Assembly (NCBI GenBank): GCA_028826165.1
Contig: JAPDFW010000134.1
Location: 70,938-134,937, forward strand
DNA length: 64,000 nt
From: Anaeramoeba ignava BMAN
Lineage: Eukaryota > Protista > Anaeramoebae
Direction: 5' to 3'
Shown here: piece after piece, positions 51,008-61,749 of the stretch
How the letters are laid out: each line of letters begins with the position of its first letter
How positions within the stretch are numbered: position 1 is the first letter of the stretch
Notes under the pieces: model-generated
What the model saw: the letters and a program-made list of their open reading frames with translations, nothing else
Databases searched by the model: none
What the model was told of the DNA's origin: nothing
Translations under genes and position numbers: made by a program

Positions 51008-52894
51008 TTAAAAAATTAAACAATTTTCTTTTTTTTTGTTTTTTTTTCTTTTGAGATTTTCATTTTTAAATTTGTTAGTTAATAAATCAAATAAATTTGG
51101 ATTTGTTTGATTTAATTGAAAATAATCAATTCCTCTTTGAATTTCATTAATTATTTCTTTTGTAATTTGAATTTCATCTTTAATTTGATTTGAATAAATC
51201 CAATATTCAAATATTTGAAATGATTTATTACTTAATTCACTATAATCTGTAACTTTATTAGAATTATCTTCAGTTACAGATAAAAACATTCCTCGATATA
51301 ATTCACTTCTCATTATTAATATTAATTTTGGAAATTTATATTGTTTTTCTTTTCTTTCAATTATAAAATCTTTTTCATTTTCATTTAAATAAATTCTTTT
51401 CATTGTTTCTTCAATTTTTTCATTTGAATTTATAATTTCTTTAATTTCAGAATATAATTTTGGATTTATTATTCTGTTTGAATAAATCATTTCAAATATT
51501 TGATTTGATTCTTTAATTGATTTATTTGAAATAATTTCTTGAAGTTTTTCAATTTGATTTTGATTTTGATTTAATCTATATTTCAATATTAATTTATGAG
51601 CTTCAATTATTTCTCCATTTTTGGTTTTAAATGAAATATTACAAAATTCTTTTCTTCTAAATAATTTTATCAAATCTTCTTCAAGATTGGAAAAAGAAGG
51701 AGAAGAATAATAAAGAAATGATTTGTAATCTCCACAAGAAATATGATAATTAGAAATATCTTCATTAAATCTTAATTTAGGAATTTCAATTTGAATTGGA
51801 ATTGATTTCGTTTCTGTATCTTCAGTTCCTAATTGGCCAAAATAATTATCTCCAAATCCAATCAATTTTGATTTGGAAGTTAAAATCAAAGTATGAGCAC
51901 TTCCACAAGAAAAATCAAGAATATTATTATCATTTTCAAATAAAGATGATTTGATTTCAGTAAATTCATAAGTATCTTCATTTTTGCCAAGTCCATTTAA
52001 TAGATAATCTCCAGTTGAATAAAGTTTTCTTTTTGGATTTTCATTTTCATTTTCAATCAACATTATTGAATGACAAGATCCAGACTTAATATCAATTATT
52101 TTACCTTTTGGAATATTTTGGATTTGAGTTAGTTCTTGGATTTTTTCCTCTTTTTTTCTTGATTCTCCTAATCCAAGTTGACCATAATTATTATCACCAC
52201 ATCCAAATAATTCTTGATTTGAATTTAAAAGAAAAACATGTCTTGAATCATTTCCTGAAAATATTTTAGAAACATTTTTCATTATTAAAATTGGTTTTTC
52301 TGTTTTTCGTGTTTTAGAATCAAAAAATATTTCTCCAAATTTATTTGAACCAATTCCATAAGTATTTTGATTTGAAGTTAATAAGTAAATTGACTTGTAT
52401 CCACAAACAACATCTTGAATTATTCTATCATTTGTATCTTCAATTAATGATGAAATATTGATGAATTCATTTGGATTTTCTGGATTAATATATCTTCCTT
52501 TGGCAAATACATTTCCTTCTATTGTTAAAATAGCTTCATTCGCATAACCAACAGTTACTTTTTGAATATTTTCTTCAATTTGGATTTTTTTAGGATTTGG
52601 ATTTGAATCATTTTCATTTAAATATTCTATTGCTTTTCCATTTTTAAAAAGGAAAATTGTTCCAAAGAAACTTGATGAAATTTGTTTAATTTGTTTTTCA
52701 TTTTCATTTTCATTTTCATTTTCATTTTCAATTTCATTTTCATTTTCATTTTCATTTTCATTTTCATTTTCATTTTCATTTTCATTTTCATTTTCATTTT
52801 CAAATTTAAATTGAATTGGTTTTTTTATTTTTTTTGATTCATTTTTGATAAGTTTTGGATTTTTATTTAAACCAAAAAATAAACAATCATTCAT
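51008..52894 (-). CDS. RCC1-repeat plus tandem BTB protein, copy 1 (polybasic CaaX tail)
   Basis: RCC1 motifs 'CGDNNYGQLGLG', 'SCGSAHTLIL...GDNYFGQLG'. BTB 'IEAHKLIL', 'LILIMRSELYRGMF'. Ends KRKKNKKKENCLIF. Confidence 0.92.
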   Translation of the reverse strand: MNDCLFFGLNKNPKLIKNESKKIKKPIQFKFENENENENENENENENENENENEIENENENENENEKQIKQISSSFFGTIFLFKNGKAIEYLNENDSNPNPKKIQIEENIQKVTVGYANEAILTIEGNVFAKGRYINPENPNEFINISSLIEDTNDRIIQDVVCGYKSIYLLTSNQNTYGIGSNKFGEIFFDSKTRKTEKPILIMKNVSKIFSGNDSRHVFLLNSNQELFGCGDNNYGQLGLGESRKKEEKIQELTQIQNIPKGKIIDIKSGSCHSIMLIENENENPKRKLYSTGDYLLNGLGKNEDTYEFTEIKSSLFENDNNILDFSCGSAHTLILTSKSKLIGFGDNYFGQLGTEDTETKSIPIQIEIPKLRFNEDISNYHISCGDYKSFLYYSSPSFSNLEEDLIKLFRRKEFCNISFKTKNGEIIEAHKLILKYRLNQNQNQIEKLQEIISNKSIKESNQIFEMIYSNRIINPKLYSEIKEIINSNEKIEETMKRIYLNENEKDFIIERKEKQYKFPKLILIMRSELYRGMFLSVTEDNSNKVTDYSELSNKSFQIFEYWIYSNQIKDEIQITKEIINEIQRGIDYFQLNQTNPNLFDLLTNKFKNENLKRKKNKKKENCLIF

Positions 52895-53100
52895 TTTTGA
52901 AAAGAAAAAAAATGAAAAAATGATTTTTGGAATTTTAATTTTAATTTTGATTTTTAATTTTGATTTTAATTTTAATTTGAATTTTAATTTTGATTTTAAA
53001 TTTTAATTTTAATTTTAATTTTAATTTTAATTTTAATTTTAATTTTAATTTTAATTTTGGAATTTTAATTTTAATTTTAATTTTGATTTTAATTTTAATT

Positions 53101-54855
53101 TTAATTTTGATTATTAAATTTTTTAATTAATAAATCAAATAAATTTGGTTTTGTTTGATTTAATTGAAAATAATCAATTCCTCTTTGAATTTCATTAATT
53201 ATTTCTTTTGTAATTTGAATTTCATCTTTAATTTGATTTGAATAAATCCAATATTCAAATATTTGAAATGATTTATTACTTAATTCACTATAATCTGTAA
53301 CTTTATTAGAAGTATCATTTGTTACAGATAAAAACATTCCTCGATATAATTCACTTCTCATTATTAATATTAATTTTGGAAATTTATATTGTTTTTCTTT
53401 TCTTTCAATAATAAAATCTTTTTCTTTTTCATTTAAATAAATTCTTTTCATTGTTTCTTCAATTTTTTCATTTAAATTTATAATTTCTTTAATTTCAGAA
53501 TATAATTTTGGATTTATTTTGGAATTATTTGAATAAATCATTTCAAATATTTGATTAGATTCTTTAATTGATTTTTTTGAAATAATTTCTTGAAGTTTTT
53601 CAATTTGATTTTCATTTTCATTTTGATTTAATCTATATTTTAATATTAATTTATGAGCTTCAATTATTTCTCCATTTTCGGTTTTAAATGAAATATTACA
53701 AAATTCTTTTCTTCTAAATAATTTTATCAAATCTTCTTCAAGATTGGAAAAAGAAGGAGAAGAATAATAAAGAAATGATCTTTCATATCCACAAGAAAGA
53801 TGATAATTAGAAATATCTTCATTAAATCTTAATTTAGGAAGTTCAATTTGAATTGGAATTAATTGATATTTTGTATTTCCAGTTCCTAATTGACCATCAT
53901 CATTATCACCAAATCCAATTAATTTATTATTGGAAGTTAAAATCAAAGTATGAGCATTTCCACAAGAAAAATCAAGAATATTATCATCATTTTCAAATAA
54001 ATATGATTTGATTTCAGTAAATTCATAAGTATTTTGATCTTGGCCAAGTCCATTATATGAGGAGCATCCACATGAATAAAGTTTTCTTTTTGGATTTTCA
54101 TTTTCAATCAACATTACTGAATAAGAACAACCACATTTAATATCAATTATTTTACCTTTTGGAATATTTTGGATTTTGGTTAATTTTTGGATTATTGTTT
54201 CTTTTTTTCTTGATTCTCCTAATCCAAGTTGACCATATTGATTATATCCGCATACAAATAATTCTTGATTTGAATTTAAAAGAAAAACATGATTTGAAGA
54301 ATTTCCTGAAAATATTTTAGAAACATTTTTCATTATTAAAATTGGTTTTTGTGTTTTTTCAAGTGTTTTAGAATCAAAACCAAGTTGACCATATTGATTT
54401 GAACCAATTCCATAAGCATTTTGATTTGAAGTTAATAAGTAAAATGAATAAGCACCAGAAACAATATCTTGAATTATTCTATCATTTGTATCTTCAATTA
54501 ATGATGAAATATTGATAAATTCTTTTGGATTATTTGGATTAATATCTTTTCCTTTTGCAAATACATTTCCTTCTTTTGTTAAAATAGCTTCATTTTGATA
54601 ACTAACAGTTACTTTTTGAATATTTTCAATTTGGATTTTTTCAGGATTTTGATTTGAATCGTTTTGTTTTAAATATTCTATTGCTTTTCCATTTTTAAAA
54701 AGGAAAATTATTGAAAATAAACTTGATGAAATTTGTTTAATTTGTTTTTCATTTTCATTTTCAAATTTAAATTGAATTGGTTTTGTTATTTTATCTTTTT
54801 CATTTTTGATAAGTTTTGGATAGTCATTTAAACCAGAAAATAAACAATCATTCAT
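53101..54855 (-). CDS. RCC1-repeat plus tandem BTB protein, copy 2
   Basis: Intact paralogue of copy 1. Ends KKFNNQN, no CaaX. Confidence 0.92.
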   Translation of the reverse strand: MNDCLFSGLNDYPKLIKNEKDKITKPIQFKFENENEKQIKQISSSLFSIIFLFKNGKAIEYLKQNDSNQNPEKIQIENIQKVTVSYQNEAILTKEGNVFAKGKDINPNNPKEFINISSLIEDTNDRIIQDIVSGAYSFYLLTSNQNAYGIGSNQYGQLGFDSKTLEKTQKPILIMKNVSKIFSGNSSNHVFLLNSNQELFVCGYNQYGQLGLGESRKKETIIQKLTKIQNIPKGKIIDIKCGCSYSVMLIENENPKRKLYSCGCSSYNGLGQDQNTYEFTEIKSYLFENDDNILDFSCGNAHTLILTSNNKLIGFGDNDDGQLGTGNTKYQLIPIQIELPKLRFNEDISNYHLSCGYERSFLYYSSPSFSNLEEDLIKLFRRKEFCNISFKTENGEIIEAHKLILKYRLNQNENENQIEKLQEIISKKSIKESNQIFEMIYSNNSKINPKLYSEIKEIINLNEKIEETMKRIYLNEKEKDFIIERKEKQYKFPKLILIMRSELYRGMFLSVTNDTSNKVTDYSELSNKSFQIFEYWIYSNQIKDEIQITKEIINEIQRGIDYFQLNQTKPNLFDLLIKKFNNQN

Positions 54856-54932
54856 TTTTGAAAAAGAAAAAAAATGAAAAAAAAAATTCTTAATTCTTAA
54901 TTTTTAATTATTTTTATTCAAATATTTTGTTT

Positions 54933-56360
54933 TTAATCCAAAAAATAGCATTCAATTTCTTCCACTTCCCAATTTTGAAAAGAACCTGCTAAATAATTTC
55001 TTGCTTCATTTGTTCCATAAATTATATCTTTTGGAGTATTATAAGTGAATCCAAAATTAGTGTATCCATTCCGAAGATTTGAATTGAGAAGAATATCAAA
55101 ACCAGCTCCAAAAATAGGACCAAAAAGAGAATTTGTTTGAATAGCTGTTTTTTGTTGATTTTGTTTTATATTAAATTTTTGAGGTGGATCGTTTTTAGGA
55201 TTTTTCAATGTGAAAATGAAAGCTTTTGGATCACTCAAAAATTTCTTTTGTCCTGAAATAAATCCAACTTCTGAAAATCCTCCAAAAATATAATTATCTT
55301 TTGTTTTGATAATTATCAATGTTTTTCCTTTATCATCAACTTTAAAGTGGAAAATTTGAGAAGAAAAACCATCTTTTTTTGTTGAAAAACCTTTTTGCAT
55401 TGAATTGAAAAAATTCTCATCTTCCAAGAAAATGTTCAAGTTTTTGATTTGTTCATTTTCAGAAAGAATTGTTGAATTTTTCCATGTTTCTTTAAGAATT
55501 TGATTTTTCATTTGAATTTCTTTTTGATTTTTCATTTGAATTTCTTTTTGATTTTTCATTTGATTTTGAATTGGATTTTGATTTTGAATTTGATTTTGAT
55601 TTTGAATTGGATTTGAATTATTATCACATAATTTGATAATGAAATTAGTCACCATTTCTTTTCTTTGATCTAAATCCATATTTCGATCTTCATAATGACT
55701 TTGGATCCAATCCTCTATCATGTGAAAAAATTTGGAATCAAAAATTTCTTTTTGTTTTTTTTCAAATTCCAAAATGATGTTCATTTGATTTTGATCTAAA
55801 TTCAAAAAACTTCCTTTTTTTTGGAGAGATGAGAAACGAGAATGAATGAAATTGAGGCATTTTTTTTGGATTTTTTTGGATTTTATGAGTTGATTCTCTT
55901 TAAAATAATGAAAAACATTTGATTCATTTAACGAATCAATAATTCGTTTTTCAAGAAAATTGGAAAAAAAATCCAAATGAAAAAATTTGGAACTTTTCAA
56001 AAGAGGAATTAAGTCTTGGGTTAAAGAAAAAGAGATTTCGCCAGTATAGATATATCTCAAAATGATTTCCATTGTTTCTTTATTAAAATCAGGAAAACGA
56101 ATTTCAGAACTTTCTTGTTGATTGAAAAAAGATTTAAAAAAAGAACTTCGCACATTCAAAATTGCTTTATGAACTTTTATTTCAATTAGATTCCCTTTTT
56201 CTTTTTCTTTCACAAAAATTGAAAAATCTTTAAATTTGTTTTCCAAAAAAAGGTGTGAAAAATTGTCAATTAAATTATTTATGGATCTTTCTTTTTCTTG
56301 GAAAGAAGTTGTGATTCTTAATTGGTTTTCATTGGTTTTATTACTGGAATCTCGATTCAT
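54933..56360 (-). CDS. BTB-BACK-TLDc protein
   Basis: 'IKVHKAILNVRSSFF', 'ILRYIYTG', TLDc 'KKDGFSSQIFHFKVDDKGKTLIIIKTKDNYIFGGF...GPIFGAG...VEEIECY'. Confidence 0.9.
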   Translation of the reverse strand: MNRDSSNKTNENQLRITTSFQEKERSINNLIDNFSHLFLENKFKDFSIFVKEKEKGNLIEIKVHKAILNVRSSFFKSFFNQQESSEIRFPDFNKETMEIILRYIYTGEISFSLTQDLIPLLKSSKFFHLDFFSNFLEKRIIDSLNESNVFHYFKENQLIKSKKIQKKCLNFIHSRFSSLQKKGSFLNLDQNQMNIILEFEKKQKEIFDSKFFHMIEDWIQSHYEDRNMDLDQRKEMVTNFIIKLCDNNSNPIQNQNQIQNQNPIQNQMKNQKEIQMKNQKEIQMKNQILKETWKNSTILSENEQIKNLNIFLEDENFFNSMQKGFSTKKDGFSSQIFHFKVDDKGKTLIIIKTKDNYIFGGFSEVGFISGQKKFLSDPKAFIFTLKNPKNDPPQKFNIKQNQQKTAIQTNSLFGPIFGAGFDILLNSNLRNGYTNFGFTYNTPKDIIYGTNEARNYLAGSFQNWEVEEIECYFLD

Positions 56361-56597
56361 TTTATTTTATATTCAATTTTAATCAAAGTGAAAGGAAAAT
56401 GAAAAAAAAAAAATGAAAAAACAAAAAAAAATTTTTTTTCAAAAAGATTTTCAATTAAAAAACAAAATACAATTTTAATTTTAATTTTAATTTTAATTTT
56501 AATTTTAATTTTAATTTTAATTTTAATTTTAATTTTTAATTTAATTTTGATTTTAATTTTAATAATTTTAATTTTAATTTTAATTTTGATTTTAATT

Positions 56598-58427
56598 TTA
56601 ATTATTAAATTTGTTAATTAATAAATCAAATAAATTTGGATTTGTTTGATTTAATTGAAAATAATCAATTCCAATTTGAATTTCATCAATCATTTCTTGT
56701 GTAATTTGAATTTCATCTTTAATTTGATTTGAATAAATCCAATATTCAAATATTTGAAATGATTTATTACTTAATTCACTATAATCTGTAACTTTATTAG
56801 AAGTATCATCTGTTACAGATAAAAACATTCCTCGATATAACTCACTTCTCATTATTAATATTAATTTTGGAAATTTATATTGTTTTTCTTTTCTTTCAAT
56901 AATAAAATCTTTTTCTTTTTCATTTTCATTTTCATTTAAATAAATTCTTTTCATTGTTTCTTCAATTTTTTCATTTGAATTTATAATTTCTTTAATTTCA
57001 GAATATAATTTTGGATTTATTTTGGAATTATTTGAATAAATCATTTCAAATATTTGATTTGATTCTTTAATTGATTTTTGAAATAATTTCTTGAAGTTTT
57101 TCAATTTGATTTTGATTTTGATTTAATCTATATTTCAATATTAATTTATGAGCTTCAATTATTTCTCCATTTTCGGTTTTAAATGAAATATTACAAAATT
57201 CTTTTCTTTCAAATAGTTTTATCAAATCTTCTTCAAGATTGGAAAAAGAAGGAGAATAATAATAAAGAAATGATTTATTTCCTCCACAAGAAATATGATA
57301 ATTAGAAATATTTTCATTAAATCTTAATTTAGGAAGTTCAATTTGAATTGGAATTAATTGAGATTTTGTATTTCCAGTTCCTAATTGACCATAAGAATTA
57401 TCTCCAAATCCTATCAAATTTGAATTGGAAGTTAAAATCAAAGTATGAGCATTTCCACAAGAAAAATCAAGAATATTATTATCATTTTCAAATAAAGATG
57501 ATTTGATTTCAGTAAATTCATAAGTATCTTCATTTTTGCCAAGTCCATTAAATGGATAATATCCACATGAATAAAGTTTTTTTTTTTTTGATTTTGATTT
57601 TGATTTTCATTTTCAATCAACATTATTGAATAAGAATATCTACATTGAATATCAATTATTTTGCCTTTTGGAATATTTTGGATTTTGGTTAATTTTTCGA
57701 TTTTCCATTTTTTTCTTGATTCTCCTAATCCAAGTTGACCATCTTGGCTATATCCGCATCCAAATAATTCTTGATTTGAATTTAAAAGAAAAACATGATT
57801 TGAAGAATTTCCTGAAAATATTTTAGAAACATTTTTCATCATTAAAATTGGTTTTTCTGTTTCATTAAGTGTTACAGAATCAAACCCAATTTGACCATAA
57901 TTATTTGAACCAATTCCATAAGCATTTTGATTTGAAGTTAATAAGTAAAATGAATGAGATCCAGAAACAATATCTTGAATTATTCTATCATTTGTATCTT
58001 CAATTAATGATGAAATATTGATAAATTCTTTTGGATTTTTTCGATTAATATATCTTCCTTTGGCAAATACATTTCCTTCTTTTGTTAAAATAGCTTCATT
58101 TTTCCAACCAACAGTTACTTTTTGAATATTTTCAATTTGGATTTTTTCAGGATTTTGATTTGAATCATTTTCACTTAAATATTCTATTGCTTTTCCATTT
58201 TCAAAAAGGAAAATTGTTGAATCATGTACTGAAGAAATTTGTTTAATTTGTTTTTCATTTTCATTTTCATTTTCATTTTCATTTTCATTTTCATTTTCAT
58301 TTTCATTTTCATTTTCATTTTCATTTTCATTTTCAAATTTAAATCGAATTGGTTTTGTTATTTTTTTTGGTTTATTTTTGAAAAGTTTTGGATTTTTATT
58401 TAAACCAAAAAATAAAATTTCATTCAT
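56598..58427 (-). CDS. RCC1-repeat plus tandem BTB protein, copy 3 (two homopolymer frameshifts)
   Basis: Three overlapping ORFs are collinear with copy 2. Breaks at the T13 run (57577-57589) and at T5 versus T7 (57075-57079). Assembly error or pseudogene. Confidence 0.8.
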
Positions 58428-58548
58428 TTTTGAAAAGAAAAAAATGAAAAAATGAATTTTAATTTTAATTTTAATTTTAATTTTAAAATTAATTTTAATT
58501 TTAATTTTAATTTTAATTTTGATTTTAATTTTAATTTTAATTTTGATT

Positions 58549-60398
58549 TTAATTATTAAATTTGTTAATTAATAAATCAAATAAATTTGGATTTGTTTGA
58601 TTTAATTGAAAATAATCAATTCCAATTTTAATTTCATTAAGGATTTCTTGTGTAATTTGAATATCTTCTTTAATTTGATTTGAATAAATCCAATATTCTA
58701 ATAATTGGAATGATTTATTACTTAATTCACTATAATCTGTAACTTTATTTGAAGTATCATCAGTTACAGATAAAAACATTCCTCGATATAACTCACTTCT
58801 CATTATTAATATTAATTTAGGAAATTTATATTGTTTTTCTTTTCTTTCAATTATAAAATATTTTTCATTTTCATTTTCATTTAAATAAATTCTTTTCATT
58901 GTTTCTTCAATTTTTTCATTTGAATTTATAATTTCTTTAATTTCAAAATATAATTTTGGATTTATTTTGGAATTGTTTGAATAAATCATTTCAAATATTT
59001 GATTTGATTCTTTAATTGATTTTTTTGAAATAATTTCTTGAAGTTTTTCAATTTGATTTTCATTTTGATTTAATCTATATTTCAATATTAATTTATGAGC
59101 TTCAATTATTTCTCCATTTTTGGTTTTAAATGAAATATCACAAAATTCTTTTCTTTCAAATAGTTTTATCAAATCTTCTTCAAGATTGGAAAAAGAAGGA
59201 GAAGAATAATAAAGAAATGATTTGTAATATCCACAAGAAATATGATAATTTGAAATATTTTCATTAAATCTTAATTTAGGAAGTTCAATTTGAATTGGAA
59301 TTAATTGAGATTTTGTATCTCCAGTTCCTAATTGCCCGGAATTATTATTACCAAATCCTATCATTTTCCCTTTAGAAGTTAAAATCAAAGTATGAAAGCA
59401 TTTCCACAAGAAATATCAAGAATATTATCATCATTTTCAAATAAAGATGATTTGATTTCAGTAAATTCATAAGTATCTTCATTTTTGCCAAGTCCATTAT
59501 ATCCAGAATATCCACATGAATAAAGTTTTCTTTTTGGATTTTGATTTTGATTTTGATTTTGAATTTGATATTGAATTTGATTTTGATTTCCATCTTCAAT
59601 CAACATTATTGAATAAGCAAATCCACATTGAATATCAATTATTTTGCCTTTTGGAATATTTTGGATTTTGGTTAATTTATTGATTTTTAGATTATTGTTT
59701 CTTCTTGATTCTACTAATCCAAGTTGACCATATTCATTATTTCCGTATACAAATAATTCTTGATTTGAATTTAAAAGAAAAACATGATTTGAAGAACTTC
59801 CTGAAAATATTTTAGAAACATTTTTCATCATTAAAATTGGTTTTTGTGTTTCATTAAGTGTTTTAGAATTAAAACCAAGTTGATTAGAAAGATTTGAACC
59901 AATTCCATAAACATTTTGATTTGAAGTTAATAAGTAAATCGAATAAGCACTAGAAACAATATCTTGAATTATTCTATCATTTGTATCTTCAATTAATGAT
60001 GAAATATCGATAAATTTTTTTGGATTTTTTGGATTAATATGTCTTCCTTTGGCAAATACATTTCCTTCTTTTGTTAAAATAGCTTCATTTTGATAACCAA
60101 CAGTTACTTTTTGAATATTTTCAATTTGGATTTTTTCAGGATTTTGTTTTGAAATTCTTTCACTTAAATATTCTATTGCTTTTCCATTTTCAAAAAGGAA
60201 AATTGTTGAATAACTTCCTGATGAAATTTGTTTAATTTGTTTTTCATTTTCATTTTCATTTTCATTTTCATTTTCATTTTCATTTTCATTTTCATTTTCA
60301 TTTTCAAATTTAAATTGAATTGGTTTTGTTATTTTATCTGGTTCATTTTTGATAAGTTTTGGAAATTTATTTGAACCAAAAAATAAAATTTCATTCAT
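58549..60398 (-). CDS. RCC1-repeat plus tandem BTB protein, copy 4 (one frameshift near 59397)
   Basis: Two ORFs collinear with the paralogues. Break in GCT-TT-CAT. Confidence 0.82.
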
Positions 60399-60494
60399 TT
60401 TTGAAAAGAAAAAAAAATGAAAAAATAATTCCAAATAAAATTTTCATTTTTTTCTTAATTTTTAATTTTAATTTTAATTTTAATTATATCAAAA

Positions 60495-61631
60495 ATGGAT
60501 GATTTTGAAGAAAAAATGCCAATAGTTATTGATAATGGATCAGGATTTATTAAATCTGGGTTTGGAGGAGAAGAAGAACCTAAATCCAAATTTACAACAA
60601 TAATCGGGAAACCGAAACATTTAGAAATGATTAAAAAAATTAATACAAAAAAATATTATATTGGAAATGAAGCAGAAAATCAAAGAGGAATATTAGAACT
60701 TGAATATCCAATGGAAAGGGGAATAGTGAGAAATTGGGACAATATGGAAAAAATATGGGATTATATTTTCTTTAATGAATTAAAAGTGGAACCTGAAGAT
60801 CAACCACTTCTTCTCAGCGAAGTGCCAATGAATCCCAAGTCAAATCGAGAGAAAATCACTGAAATCATGTTTGAAGTATTTCATGTCCCATCCTTTTATA
60901 TCTCACTTCCAGGAATTTTAGCACTTTATTCATCAGGAAGAACAACAGGAATTGTTATAGATATTGGAGATGGTGTTACTTATACACTTCCAGCTTATGA
61001 AGGGTTTATCCTTCGAAATCACATTTCAAGAGCTAATTTTGGTGGAACAGATTTAACTGATTATTTAATCAATATTTTAAATGAAAAGGATTTGTTTTTT
61101 ACTACTTCTGCAGAAAGAGAAACTGCAAAGGATATCAAAGAAAAACTTGGTTATTCCACTTTTGATTTTAATCAAGAAATGATATTATCCAATTCCAAAA
61201 ATCATTCTATTGACAAAAATTATGAACTGCCTGATGGACAAGTTATCACAATTGGAAATGAAAGATTTAGATGTGCAGAAGTTTTGTTTAATCCTTCTTT
61301 GATGGGAATAGAACAACCAGGAATCCATCAAATTGTTTCTAATTCGATTCAAAAATGTGATATTGATATTCAACGTGATTTATTGGCAAATATTATTTTT
61401 TCAGGTGGTTCAACTTTGTTTCCAGGAATTTCTGATAGATTCGTCAAGGAATTGGTTCCCTTATTTTCTCCTGTAATGAGAATAATGCCTGTTTGTCCTC
61501 CTGAAAGGCAATTCTCTGTTTGGATTGGTGGATCAATTTTAACTACTCTTTCTTCTTCTCAATCTATGTGGATTCCAAAATCTGAATTTGAAGAAGTTGG
61601 AAATCAAATCATTCACCAAAAATGTTTTTAA
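60495..61631 (+). CDS. Divergent actin / actin-related protein
   Basis: 'VIDNGSGFIKSGFGG', 'LYSSGRTTGIVIDIGDGVT', 'YELPDGQVITIGNERFRCAE', 'SVWIGGSIL', ends HQKCF. Clearly diverged from conventional actin. Confidence 0.93.
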   Translation: MDDFEEKMPIVIDNGSGFIKSGFGGEEEPKSKFTTIIGKPKHLEMIKKINTKKYYIGNEAENQRGILELEYPMERGIVRNWDNMEKIWDYIFFNELKVEPEDQPLLLSEVPMNPKSNREKITEIMFEVFHVPSFYISLPGILALYSSGRTTGIVIDIGDGVTYTLPAYEGFILRNHISRANFGGTDLTDYLINILNEKDLFFTTSAERETAKDIKEKLGYSTFDFNQEMILSNSKNHSIDKNYELPDGQVITIGNERFRCAEVLFNPSLMGIEQPGIHQIVSNSIQKCDIDIQRDLLANIIFSGGSTLFPGISDRFVKELVPLFSPVMRIMPVCPPERQFSVWIGGSILTTLSSSQSMWIPKSEFEEVGNQIIHQKCF

Positions 61632-61749
61632 ATCACATTTAAAATAAAGAATTAAGAATAAATTTTAAATATTTTGAAATCAAAATTAAATTTGTTTCTT
61701 ATTTATTAATTTGATTAAAAGTAAATTTTGAAAAATGAAAAAATTGGAA

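Noticed and set aside
50899-51240. Alternative splicing from GTAATA (~51231) to the ACAAG before the orphan tail
   Set aside because: It is in frame but would delete the conserved 'SNKSFQIFEYWIYSN' BTB helix. There is no evidence without cDNA.
51008-60398. Diversity-generating retroelement as the cause of RCC1 loop variation
   Set aside because: Changes involve all four bases rather than adenines only. No template repeat or reverse transcriptase is present.
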